Shown one piece after another: positions 8,562 through 18,300 of a stretch of 31,615 nt of DNA (position 1 is its first letter; each line of letters starts with the position of its first letter). The notes under the pieces are model-generated. The model did not search any database. It saw nothing but the letters and a program-made list of their open reading frames with translations, and was not told the origin of the DNA. The DNA lies in the IMG/VR virus record IMGVR_UViG_3300030107_004098; one strand, 5' to 3'. The translations under genes were made by a program, and so were the position numbers. Origin of the DNA: an uncultured virus (IMG/VR IMGVR_UViG_3300030107_004098). Its lineage: Duplodnaviria; Heunggongvirae; Uroviricota; Caudoviricetes.

Positions 8562-10907
8562 ATGTCGACAGCAGAAGTGTGGATGGGTTCAGGAGTAACA
8601 ATGACTATGATTCCTGAGTCAAAATTGTTTTTAGGATATATGCCGTTTGGCCCAACATTAGGTAGAGATGATACAACGAAAGCGAATTTAATTAAATATT
8701 CGGTTGGTTTTTCAGTTAATGGAAGTAGCCTAACTATGGCTAATATTCTAGGAGAAGGAACTCCTGCTGTAAATCATTTTTCTGAAAAGTATCATTTAGT
8801 TCCCGGATTATATGCCGGTTGTACTGCCGAATTTTGGTATACTACTGATTCTTCAACTGCTGCTACTTTACAATTTACTGCTACTGTTGCAGATAACGAT
8901 GAAGATGCTATTTACTTTGCTGGAAATATTGATGACTTTCCTACTCTTTGGGCGCAACATGATGATATGGTTGGAACAAATTCAAAACTTACAGTAGCAC
9001 ATGCTAGTGGAACTGGTGCTGGTGGTGCTAGAGGTTATATTATGTTACAAAAACATGGAGCAGTAGTTCCTGCACCTTTAACTCTTGAAGAAAGAATTAA
9101 TTCACTTTCAGATACAATAGCAGCAGATGAAGACGTAATAACTTGTTCTGCCGGTCAAGGTGATGTAGAAAATGTAAAAGCACATGATTTAATATATGGT
9201 GCTGATGGTGATTTATTAGGTAGAGTTTGGGGCATTAATGCTAGCGGAACTTCACCTTCAACAAGAAGTAATGGAACTACAAGTAGTACAAAAATTCATC
9301 CGGTTTCTGGTGCTATTGATACTGCCGATGACCAAACCGTAGGTGGTAGTAACTTTAGTGGTATTTATGCCTTACAAGTTAATAGCGCAGATTTAAGAGG
9401 AACTTTTACTGCTGGTGATTTTATTTCAGGAAATAACGTAGATACTTTATTAGGAGTTATTTATCATACTTCTTATGATGGAACTAATACTAGTTTATAC
9501 GTAGCGCGTGTTGGAACTAGCACAATTTCAGACACAAATAACTTATTTTGGGGAAGAGATATTGCTGCTGGTGCAACAACATCTGCTACTTTATCTACTG
9601 GAGCGATTAGAACTTTATCAGATAACTGGTTAGGATTAGTAGATTCTGCTACTCCTTCTACCACTGATGTTTCTGTTGAACCTAAAATGATGGCTATTGG
9701 TGGAACTAGAAATGCTACTTATCATCTAAAGGGTATGGAAACTGCTGGTTCTGCTAGTTTAGATGTTACATTAAATCATGGAACTTGGCTTCATTATGCT
9801 TTGGGTTCTACTACTTTAACATTCCCAACCGTAACAGGTAGTTATCTTACAGACCCGTTTGATATAGGTAGTGCTACTAGTGAACACAAAACATTAGTCG
9901 CTACTTTAGGTTCTTCCGCCGCAGTTGCAGGTAATACAGATGGTCCATTATTTCATAGAGTATTAAAAGGAACAGATGCTATTTGTCCACCACTATTGCC
10001 GGGAACTGCTGCAAAAGAAATTACAGAACCTACTGTTGGTGGAGATGGTTTAATGGATAACGGTTTCATATACACTTTTACAGAAAGAAATGATAGCACA
10101 TTACCTTCTTTTGCTTTTGAATTAGTAGCAGAAAAAGGTGGAAATGTTGCGTCTATTCCTCAAGTAGATAGAGGAACAACCACAAGACAGGATAGCACAA
10201 CTTTTGCTACAAAAGATACTGCATATGCACAAATTCATCCGGGAGCAACAATGGAAAGTATGAGTTTAACTGCTGCCGCAGATTCTGCTGTTACTGCTAG
10301 TATGAGTTTTAATGTTAAAACAGCGTTTGAATGTCCTGAAGGATATATTGGTAGAGCATACGATGCAACAAATAACGACACTAGTGGAGCACAATTACCT
10401 AGAGTTCTAAATAACTTTGGACAAACTACAGGACTTAGTACGGCAGTAGAACAAGAATTTATAACTCCTTATTATTTTAGTGATGGAACAATTAGTTTAT
10501 TCGGTAGTGAGTTTATGCGAGTTACTAATTTTGGATTAACTATTAATAACGGATTAACAGATAAAAGATATATAGGTCAATATAATAAAAGAATAAAAAG
10601 TGTAGTTACAGGAACTAGAGATTATAGTATTGATATAACTGCTCAACTAACAGACCGTAGATTATTTGCTGAACTAAGAAATGAAGAATCTTTCCGCAGT
10701 GCTATGAGTCATTCAAATATTCAGTTACTATTAGAGAAACCCACTGGAGAACGAATTAAATTACAATTTGATGACTTCATGGTATCTGTTGCTAACTTCC
10801 CCGGACCTACTGATGACCGAGGACCGCTAGAAGTATCATTTACTATTATGCCTATACGTAAAGGCACGACTATTGATACAAAAACTGCATGGGTTCTACA
10901 AGGATAA
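8562..10907 (+). CDS. Tail tube (major tail) protein with accessory domains, 781 aa
   Basis: Tube-like motifs: NWLGLV, GTWLHYALG, YTFTE...LPSFAFE, GATMESMSLTA, RVTNFGLTINNGL, GTRDYSIDIT, GPLEVSFTI. Followed by chaperone and tape measure genes. Confidence 0.75.
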   Translation: MSTAEVWMGSGVTMTMIPESKLFLGYMPFGPTLGRDDTTKANLIKYSVGFSVNGSSLTMANILGEGTPAVNHFSEKYHLVPGLYAGCTAEFWYTTDSSTAATLQFTATVADNDEDAIYFAGNIDDFPTLWAQHDDMVGTNSKLTVAHASGTGAGGARGYIMLQKHGAVVPAPLTLEERINSLSDTIAADEDVITCSAGQGDVENVKAHDLIYGADGDLLGRVWGINASGTSPSTRSNGTTSSTKIHPVSGAIDTADDQTVGGSNFSGIYALQVNSADLRGTFTAGDFISGNNVDTLLGVIYHTSYDGTNTSLYVARVGTSTISDTNNLFWGRDIAAGATTSATLSTGAIRTLSDNWLGLVDSATPSTTDVSVEPKMMAIGGTRNATYHLKGMETAGSASLDVTLNHGTWLHYALGSTTLTFPTVTGSYLTDPFDIGSATSEHKTLVATLGSSAAVAGNTDGPLFHRVLKGTDAICPPLLPGTAAKEITEPTVGGDGLMDNGFIYTFTERNDSTLPSFAFELVAEKGGNVASIPQVDRGTTTRQDSTTFATKDTAYAQIHPGATMESMSLTAAADSAVTASMSFNVKTAFECPEGYIGRAYDATNNDTSGAQLPRVLNNFGQTTGLSTAVEQEFITPYYFSDGTISLFGSEFMRVTNFGLTINNGLTDKRYIGQYNKRIKSVVTGTRDYSIDITAQLTDRRLFAELRNEESFRSAMSHSNIQLLLEKPTGERIKLQFDDFMVSVANFPGPTDDRGPLEVSFTIMPIRKGTTIDTKTAWVLQG

Positions 10908-10910
10908 CTG

Positions 10911-10930
10911 CATAAGGTTTATTAATAAAA
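10911..10930 (+). promoter_or_regulatory. Possible archaeal-type promoter (TATA-like TTTATTAA)
   Basis: Intergenic CATAAGGTTTATTAATAAAA about 35-40 nt before ATG 10959; resembles CATTAAGTTTATAA at 2262-2275. Confidence 0.4.
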
Positions 10931-10958
10931 GGCGTATTGCTAAGGTTAGTGATTAACT

Positions 10959-11336
10959 ATGAGTTACACAATAGCCACAGATAAAAGCAAATTGCTAGTT
11001 TCACGACAAGCAACTGAGCATTATGTTAGAATCGCTCCCGGTAGCGACGAGTACCTAAAAATTTGGATTAAGGAACCTACATTCCTACAACTAGAACAAG
11101 CGCAAATGAAATTATTTGATTTCAATGCTGGTTCACAAGAAGTAAACTTAGATATGTCGGAAGTATACCGTTATCTTTGGGATGCCTTTGTGGAAAAGAC
11201 CGAGCCTGCCCTTAGTGCTATGGATGTATTAGGACTTAATCCCTATATCGGCTCACAAATTAAGGAGATTTTACCAAATCCCTTTGATTTTAGTGAGGTG
11301 GATGAGGATTTAAAAGTGCCTACCGTCGAGCAGTAA
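10959..11336 (+). CDS. Tail assembly chaperone (gpG-like)
   Basis: Between tail tube and tape measure genes; ends just after a slippery heptamer. Confidence 0.75.
   Translation: MSYTIATDKSKLLVSRQATEHYVRIAPGSDEYLKIWIKEPTFLQLEQAQMKLFDFNAGSQEVNLDMSEVYRYLWDAFVEKTEPALSAMDVLGLNPYIGSQIKEILPNPFDFSEVDEDLKVPTVEQ
11309..11315 (+). other. Programmed -1 ribosomal frameshift site T-TTA-AAA
   Basis: X XXY YYZ heptamer in the correct phase (GAT TTA AAA). The -1 frame is open for 22 codons (SAYRRAVRTGKIENPQIASRIV) into the ORF annotated at 11381. Confidence 0.8.
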
Positions 11337-11566
11337 GAACAGGAAAAATAGAAAACCCACAAATTGCATCGAGGATAGTTATGTATACTTTAGCGAAAGA
11401 ATTGAATATTCCACCCCATGAGTTAGGGAATTATCCCGCCTCGTTAGTATCTGACTTAATGTTAATTTTTGCAGAAATTAAAGAATTTGAAGCCGAATCA
11501 ATGGATAAGGTTACAAAAAATGCAAAAAAAGGTATGGGTAGTACAGACGGGGTTAACTTTGGGTGA
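11315..11566 (+). CDS. Tail assembly chaperone frameshift extension (gpT-like part of a G-T fusion)
   Basis: -1 frame continuation; LAKELNIPPHELGNYP is a typical gpT-like pattern. Confidence 0.7.
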   Translation, partial: SAYRRAVRTGKIENPQIASRIVMYTLAKELNIPPHELGNYPASLVSDLMLIFAEIKEFEAESMDKVTKNAKKGMGSTDGVNFG

Positions 11567-11573
11567 TTAGAAT

Positions 11574-13190
11574 ATGGTTGATTTAGATAGTACTTCTAAA
11601 AAATTAACTGGTAAAGTTACAAAGTTACCAAATAGTAGTTTAAAATCTACTGCCGAGAGTATGGCTTTAATTGCTGAAACATCTATTTTAACAAATCAGG
11701 CTTTAGAACAAATTGTAAAAAATACTACCAACTTAAAGAAAGAAACTGAAAAGGCCAAAAAGGAATCATTTAAATTAGCCAGAGGTTTTTCTAAATTATA
11801 TAAAACAAGTGATGAAAACCCTGCTTCTAAATTTATGAAAGATTTTGGTGACCAATGGCAGGTAATTCGGCGGTTTTCTTCTAGGTTTTTACCGGGATTT
11901 TGGAGTTTTCAAAATGCTTTAGTTGGGTTAATGAAGCAAACTGAAGTTATATTAAATTGGTGGGATAGGAAGGGTACGCGCGGAACAAAGATGTTTGGAG
12001 GAATAAAAAAAGGTTTTAATCGTTTAACGGGCGGTATGAAAAATATATATGAAGAAGAACTAATTGTTAGTGATGAACTTAAACGAGGTAAAACATCTAG
12101 TGATGAACTTAAAGGTGGAAGGTTTGGTAAAGGTAATTGGCTAAGACGGGCATTAAGAAAAAAAATAGGTCCTGATGATTATACTGATTTAGACGATTCT
12201 GCGATGATGCAAAGATACGGCGGAAAAGAAAAATTATTTTCGACTAAACGAGCAAAAGATAGATTTCAAAGATTAAGAGATAAAATAACATTATGGAAAA
12301 GTAAAAGCATAATTAAATTTAAGAAATATAGAGAAAGATTATCAAAGGTAAGATGGGATGTTTTCTTTAAAACCTTTATGAGAGTAGCAGGAATAGTATT
12401 AAAATTCGTAGTAGCCTTCTTTGCAGCAATTTTTATACTTAAGGCATTTAAAATAGATGAAGTACTAAAGGGTATTTGGGACACTGTTGTTCTTATGGTT
12501 AAAGCGGTAATATTTGGTGTTACTAAAATTATAGAAGGTGGTGGTAACATTCTTGGCGGTATTATGGATTTATATTATTCATTCAACGATATTCTAAGCG
12601 AAGGTAACTGGAAACCATTTTTAGATGCTTTATGGAGAATTGGTAAAGGTGTATTACAGGTAGTAGGAGGTATTATATGGACAGTATTAGGACCAATTAT
12701 TGATGGAATATGGGGATTATTAAAACATACATTATTTGATTGGGTTACAAGTTTTTGGGGTGACGCTGAAACATGGTGGCAAAAAACACTAATATTGATA
12801 CAAGTTGGAGTAACTGCGATGTTAGCAATAGCGGCATTTTGGGCTGCACCAACATATATAGTAGGTATAATAGCAGCAGCAGTAGTTACCGCTATAGGTT
12901 TTGCTTTAGGTAGATTAATTCCCGGAAGGTCTATGGGTGGACCTGCTAGTGGTCTTACATTAGTAGGTGAAAAGGGACCAGAGTTAGTAAATCTACCTAG
13001 CGGTTCAAATGTTTATAGCAATAGCGAATCAAAAAGAATATCCGCCGGAACTACTAATAATATCACTGTAAATGTTCAAGGTAGAGTCGGAGCATCAGAT
13101 TCTGAACTTAGGGAAATAGCACAAAAAGTTGGTAGAATGATTAATCTAGAACTTAATAGAACAACAAGCACAAGGACAAGGGGAGCATAA
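11574..13190 (+). CDS. Tail tape measure protein (short, 538 aa)
   Basis: Follows the chaperones. Contains amphipathic W/F/G-periodic helices, hydrophobic segments and the common C-terminal motif GGPASGLTLVGEKGPELVNLPSGSNVYSN followed by NNITVNV. Confidence 0.85.
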   Translation: MVDLDSTSKKLTGKVTKLPNSSLKSTAESMALIAETSILTNQALEQIVKNTTNLKKETEKAKKESFKLARGFSKLYKTSDENPASKFMKDFGDQWQVIRRFSSRFLPGFWSFQNALVGLMKQTEVILNWWDRKGTRGTKMFGGIKKGFNRLTGGMKNIYEEELIVSDELKRGKTSSDELKGGRFGKGNWLRRALRKKIGPDDYTDLDDSAMMQRYGGKEKLFSTKRAKDRFQRLRDKITLWKSKSIIKFKKYRERLSKVRWDVFFKTFMRVAGIVLKFVVAFFAAIFILKAFKIDEVLKGIWDTVVLMVKAVIFGVTKIIEGGGNILGGIMDLYYSFNDILSEGNWKPFLDALWRIGKGVLQVVGGIIWTVLGPIIDGIWGLLKHTLFDWVTSFWGDAETWWQKTLILIQVGVTAMLAIAAFWAAPTYIVGIIAAAVVTAIGFALGRLIPGRSMGGPASGLTLVGEKGPELVNLPSGSNVYSNSESKRISAGTTNNITVNVQGRVGASDSELREIAQKVGRMINLELNRTTSTRTRGA

Positions 13191-14233
13191 TGGCGGAAAC
13201 AGCAGTATCAAATGTGTCGGGTAAAGAGATTACAGTAAGTAGCACATCAGGGTTTATGGTGGGTTCTTTAGTTAGATTCGTTAACGACACTGTTGGAAAC
13301 ACGTTAACATACAGAATTACAAACATTGTATCTACTACTATTACTGTTGATACTAGTTTGACTACCGATAGTTCTGCTAGTAATTTATTCTTAGTTGATT
13401 ATGTGTTATTTAGCACAAATGCTATAATTGGTAATGAAGAACATAACCAAGATACTACTTTACGAACAAATGTTTTCTTAGAGTTTGCATCTAGAAATAC
13501 TGGAGATGTAGAGGGACAAACACCTTCTAGTAATAGAGTTATGTTACTAATGGATTCACTTAGTATTCAGGTTAGTAAAACATCTCCTACTATTGATTTA
13601 TATGGTTCTGCTTTACTTACTGGTGAATCAAGAACTATTACTTTTGACTTGGCTGCAAGTAAAAAGAATTTTAGTGGTAGCGGTATTATTACAGAACAAT
13701 TTATTACTAGACAATATGAAAAAGATGTAAATGATGACTATATTGCAGATGCAGACCCCGCTAGTGGTGGAGCAACAGTAACTAGATTAATGACGGCATA
13801 TGAAATTGCTCAATGGTTACAGTCATCTTTAGATTCTTCACCAAGACAAAAATATCAACATATGAATAGGTTGGGTTTTCTAATCCCTAGCCGTGTTGGT
13901 TATAATTACAATTATCATAATTCACAAACTGAAACTGCTGATGTTCAGGATTTGCCTCTAATTCCGTGGTCTTTTAAATCACGTAAGCCGGATAATATCG
14001 GGGCAAACTTCGGAGCCTCAGAAGATTATTTTACTCCTGTATCTTCATCAAATCAAATGAGTCACCCAGTAGTTATTAGTTCATTTAATATTAATATAAC
14101 TCCCGGACAACCATATGTTAATTTTGATTTTAACGGTGAGTTTATCTACGATATTATGGGAACAATGGGGGATGCCTTCTCAACAGATGCAACAGGAGCG
14201 ACTGATTACTTGAGGGAGAATTCACCAATATGA
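13190..14233 (+). CDS. Putative distal tail (Dit-like) protein with an N-terminal beta module
   Basis: TAATG-coupled to the tape measure gene; beta-rich; function inferred from position. Confidence 0.55.
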   Translation: MAETAVSNVSGKEITVSSTSGFMVGSLVRFVNDTVGNTLTYRITNIVSTTITVDTSLTTDSSASNLFLVDYVLFSTNAIIGNEEHNQDTTLRTNVFLEFASRNTGDVEGQTPSSNRVMLLMDSLSIQVSKTSPTIDLYGSALLTGESRTITFDLAASKKNFSGSGIITEQFITRQYEKDVNDDYIADADPASGGATVTRLMTAYEIAQWLQSSLDSSPRQKYQHMNRLGFLIPSRVGYNYNYHNSQTETADVQDLPLIPWSFKSRKPDNIGANFGASEDYFTPVSSSNQMSHPVVISSFNINITPGQPYVNFDFNGEFIYDIMGTMGDAFSTDATGATDYLRENSPI

Positions 14234-15369
14234 ATATTAGACCATATATCGGGGACCAATATGGGCTACAATTCCCTGTATTTTGTGATGCCTATATTGA
14301 TGTTAATTATAACAATAATACAAGTTCAGAAAACATTGGTATATGGAATCACACTGGTAGTTTTACCTTGCAGACATTAGTTACTCCTTATGATATTAAC
14401 GGCTACGGTTCAACCCCAACCACCACTAATTCTGCAAATATTAATAATGATATGGGTAACCAAACAGTTAAACATACTATGCCTAGTAGGGCTGTAAGAA
14501 CTAGTACTACTACACAAGACATTAGTTATATGCCTGTTGCTAACCGTCTAAATCATCGTATGGCTATATTTAGTTCAACAAATTTTAAATTATATTTAAT
14601 AAATAATACTTCTACAAATGTAAATCAACCTGCAGAATATTATTTACAGGCTCAAATTACACTAGATAGTACAACTAATACTATTAATTCCAATTCAATT
14701 TTTATTCCTACATCTTCTCATGTTAGTGCTGTTGTTGCAGAAACAAGTTATTTATTTAAAAATAACCAACCGTATTTAATTGATAGCACTAAAGTAGTTG
14801 CTTCATCTTCTGCTAGTAATAGAATAACAGTAACATTTGATGGTGACTCTAAAACTAGATTTTACGTTGGGCAAAAACTATATCGAGAAGACGGAATACT
14901 ATTAGGTATAATAGATACTATAACAGAAGTAGACACAAATAGTAGTGGTTCTGTTGATAGTGTAAGAATACAATTTACTGGAAATATGGATGTTTCAGGT
15001 TCATACACTATAGCAAGTAGTAGATTATATATGGAAATAGGACGGGAAGCAAAATACATTAAAGGGTGTAATATGTTAGGTTACTCATATAATGCCGATA
15101 CCGCAACCCATTCTTTATTCTTAAACGGTGAAAGGTTAGCCACAACAAGCGTAAATAGTCCAACAACAGCATTTTCATTTGGAGAAGCAAATATTACTTT
15201 AGGTCAAGACACAACTGCTACTACTTTTCGCAATTCACAATTCTATGGAATACTACATGAACTTGCTGTGATGCGAGGCCATACTTCTAATATGTCTGAT
15301 AGGCTTAACTTATTACCTTCTTATTACAGTACACTATTATATGTAGATTTTGAGGAGGCTGACTTATGA
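14230..15369 (+). CDS. Tail protein with a LamG/ConA-like domain interrupted by an insertion
   Basis: Motifs GSFTLQTLVTP, GYSYN...SLFLNG, ITLGQD and FYGILHELAV. Confidence 0.65.
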   Translation: MNIRPYIGDQYGLQFPVFCDAYIDVNYNNNTSSENIGIWNHTGSFTLQTLVTPYDINGYGSTPTTTNSANINNDMGNQTVKHTMPSRAVRTSTTTQDISYMPVANRLNHRMAIFSSTNFKLYLINNTSTNVNQPAEYYLQAQITLDSTTNTINSNSIFIPTSSHVSAVVAETSYLFKNNQPYLIDSTKVVASSSASNRITVTFDGDSKTRFYVGQKLYREDGILLGIIDTITEVDTNSSGSVDSVRIQFTGNMDVSGSYTIASSRLYMEIGREAKYIKGCNMLGYSYNADTATHSLFLNGERLATTSVNSPTTAFSFGEANITLGQDTTATTFRNSQFYGILHELAVMRGHTSNMSDRLNLLPSYYSTLLYVDFEEADL

Positions 15370-18300
15370 CCTTACATGTATTAGACATTAATGGTGGAGC
15401 AGGTTCAAGTGTAGATTATACTGCTTCTGCACCTACAGGTGTCGGAGGTAATGCTTCAGTAAACCCTACCATTGTAGAATATAACACAAGTGGTTCAGAA
15501 TTTACTAATCATATTAACTGTTTTGAAATACATAAAACAAGAAATAACCACAGCACATCTAACGCCGGAACTCATATTACAAACAACATAACTACGGCTA
15601 ATTTTATGAATAGGGCTTTCCCTGCTCATCCAAATAATCATACTACATTTCTTGAAAACGTTCACGCCACTCCCGGATATAGAGTTAGGTCTTCAACAAC
15701 TATTAGCCTTACTGCCGGTTATGACCACTTTGTATTACTTTATGCTGACGATGGAGATTTACATCATTTTGCAAAAATTACTGAATTAGTTACTTATGAT
15801 ACTGCGGGTGATGGTTTTGAATTTGAACCCCGTCTTAAACAAGATATACCAAAGGGAACTAAGTTTGAAGTATATCGAGGACCACAAACAACTAATACAA
15901 ATGTAGTAGCAGTAGGATATGGACTAAGAGCCGGAACAAATACAGACAAACATAACCATATTGTGAATGTTAGTCGCAACACATTTTATTTCTACAACGA
16001 TAGAATAGATAATGCTAACAATGATGAACTAGCACACAATACAAAATATGAAGTCAAAAAAAGTAGATACACAGGTAGCACTACCGTTACAACTAATTTT
16101 TGCTTCTTAACTACATTTCCTAATACAAAATTCGATTCCTCTAATTCAGTTACTGGTAGATTACTAGATAAAAGTAGATTTAGTCATAAGGTAAAAATTG
16201 TAGATAATTCTTTAATTAGAGATAGAGCACAAGATGGAACTTGGTATAATAACTATGCTGGTTCTGCTACAGGTAGTTATACCTTTAATGCTACTTCTTG
16301 GGACACATGTTATCTTAATGGTTCTAGAGAAACATATACTACAAGTAGTACTACCGCTACAGGAACAAAAAATGGTCCAGATAACTACGTAAGATATGTT
16401 ACCTCTCCAGAACAATCTAGAAGATTTGATACATTAACTTCTGCAAATATTTCTAAGAGTATTAACGTTTCAGGTAATTATGCAGAAATTACTTTAATGG
16501 ATGCAGAAAAGATACTTGACGAAAAAATAAAACTTAACGATGATATGAAGGTTAGAGTAGATGTAACTAAACAAAAATTTGGTGGATTATACGATGTGTT
16601 TTTACCGGGTGATGTTTATACTACTTCTTCTGCTAGTGAATTAGAATTTAGACATTTAACTAAGTCACAAGATTTAACTAAAATATTAAGTGCTCCCGGA
16701 ACTTTAAGAATAGGAGATTATATTTACTCTATTAGTAGTATTGCTAGTAAATCTGGAGATTCTCAAATAGTCACAGTACGTGGTAAAATATCCTCCGGTG
16801 ATGTTTCTTATTATACTGGTGCTTCATCGGGTGGAGGAAATACTACCTTAGATGCGGCAATACATGAAACTTTATCTGGTGTTAAAGCATACAGACGCGC
16901 ATGGAATCCATCGCTAAAGAATCTAATGGTTAACTTTCCAATTGATACTGAAATTACTTCAGGAACATACGCTACTGCTGTAATTAAAAAGCACGATGCA
17001 ACAATTACTAATTCACAATCAGATATGGCGAATATAGAAATAGAAGTATTTGATACACAATTTGGTGAAGGTAGGTTTACTATTACTGCTGCAGATAAAC
17101 ATAACTCCTATGCGGAGATTACAGATTATGCAGAAACATATTATCAGTTACCTGCTGACTATAGATTTAGAACTCCAAATGCAAACTTTGTAGCAAATAT
17201 AATTGATTTAGTTAATTCGTCCGCGCAAGTAGTAAATGTAGTATTTGATGGTTCTGTAGAAGTTATCAATAGCAAAGTTGAAAATGGTATATTAAGTTAT
17301 GAGATTTCAGGCAGGGATGATTTAGGTAAACTGCTATCTAGAATAAATAATAAGAAATATCTATATTCTGATGATTTTGTTTATTCTTCTGAACCTCCTT
17401 TGGGTACATGGATAAATACAAACTTTGGATATGTTCCGGGTTCTAATAATGCAGATATTCTTAAACCTAATTCTCAAACTACAACTGGAACTTTTGCTGC
17501 TAGCACTAATAGATTTACTTATGTTAGTGGTACGAATTTTAGTAATTTAGAGGTTGGAATGACTGTAACCATTACTAATGCAGAAGATAGTACTAATAAC
17601 GCTACTGTAACTATTAATGAAATATCTGGTTCTACTGGTTATTTAACGTTAAGTAGTGTTAGTGCAGATGAATCAAATGATGAAATAACAATAACAGTAG
17701 ATAGTCATCCAACTACTATTGAGGCTAAAGATGCTACTGCTAGTATTACAAAAGGTGACTTAATTTTCTATAAAGATAACTCAGGTAGTGGAGAACATAG
17801 AATGATTTTCTTAGGTGTGGCTAATTCTGATAGAGCAGATGTTACTGCTATAACTACTACCGGCACTTTTAATGCTAGTGCTAATACATTTACTTACGTT
17901 AGTGGTACGAATTTTAGCACTTTAGAAAAATTTATGAGTGTCGCAATTACAAATGCTGTGGATTCAGGAAATAATCGTACGGCTACAATTCTTAATATTT
18001 CAAGCGATACAGGTGTTTTAACGCTAGATAGTGTAGTAGCAGATGAGACAAACGATGAGGTAACATTAACTATAGTAGGTTTACCATTAACGTTTGTAGA
18101 CAAATTAGCAGTAGATATGAATATTGCTGAAAATATTACTACCGGTACTAACTTCACTTCAAGGTTGGCCGCAGAAGTAGATAGTAAATCTAATAATATT
18201 TTATGGGCTTTACGTGGTAACTTTAGCCTAGGTAAATCTTTAATTTCTGACCCTACTGCTAGTTCTTTCCCATCAAACATTAGAGGTGCTATGGATAAAG

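Noticed and set aside
8562..10907. Tail sheath (myovirus) assignment based on size
   Set aside because: The motifs and the position directly before the chaperones fit a tube. No separate tube gene or baseplate wedge genes are recognisable.
17478..18071. Repeat pair as a diversity-generating retroelement template/variable repeat
   Set aside because: Differences are not adenine-specific and many are synonymous. Both copies are in-frame coding sequence, and no reverse transcriptase is present in the window.
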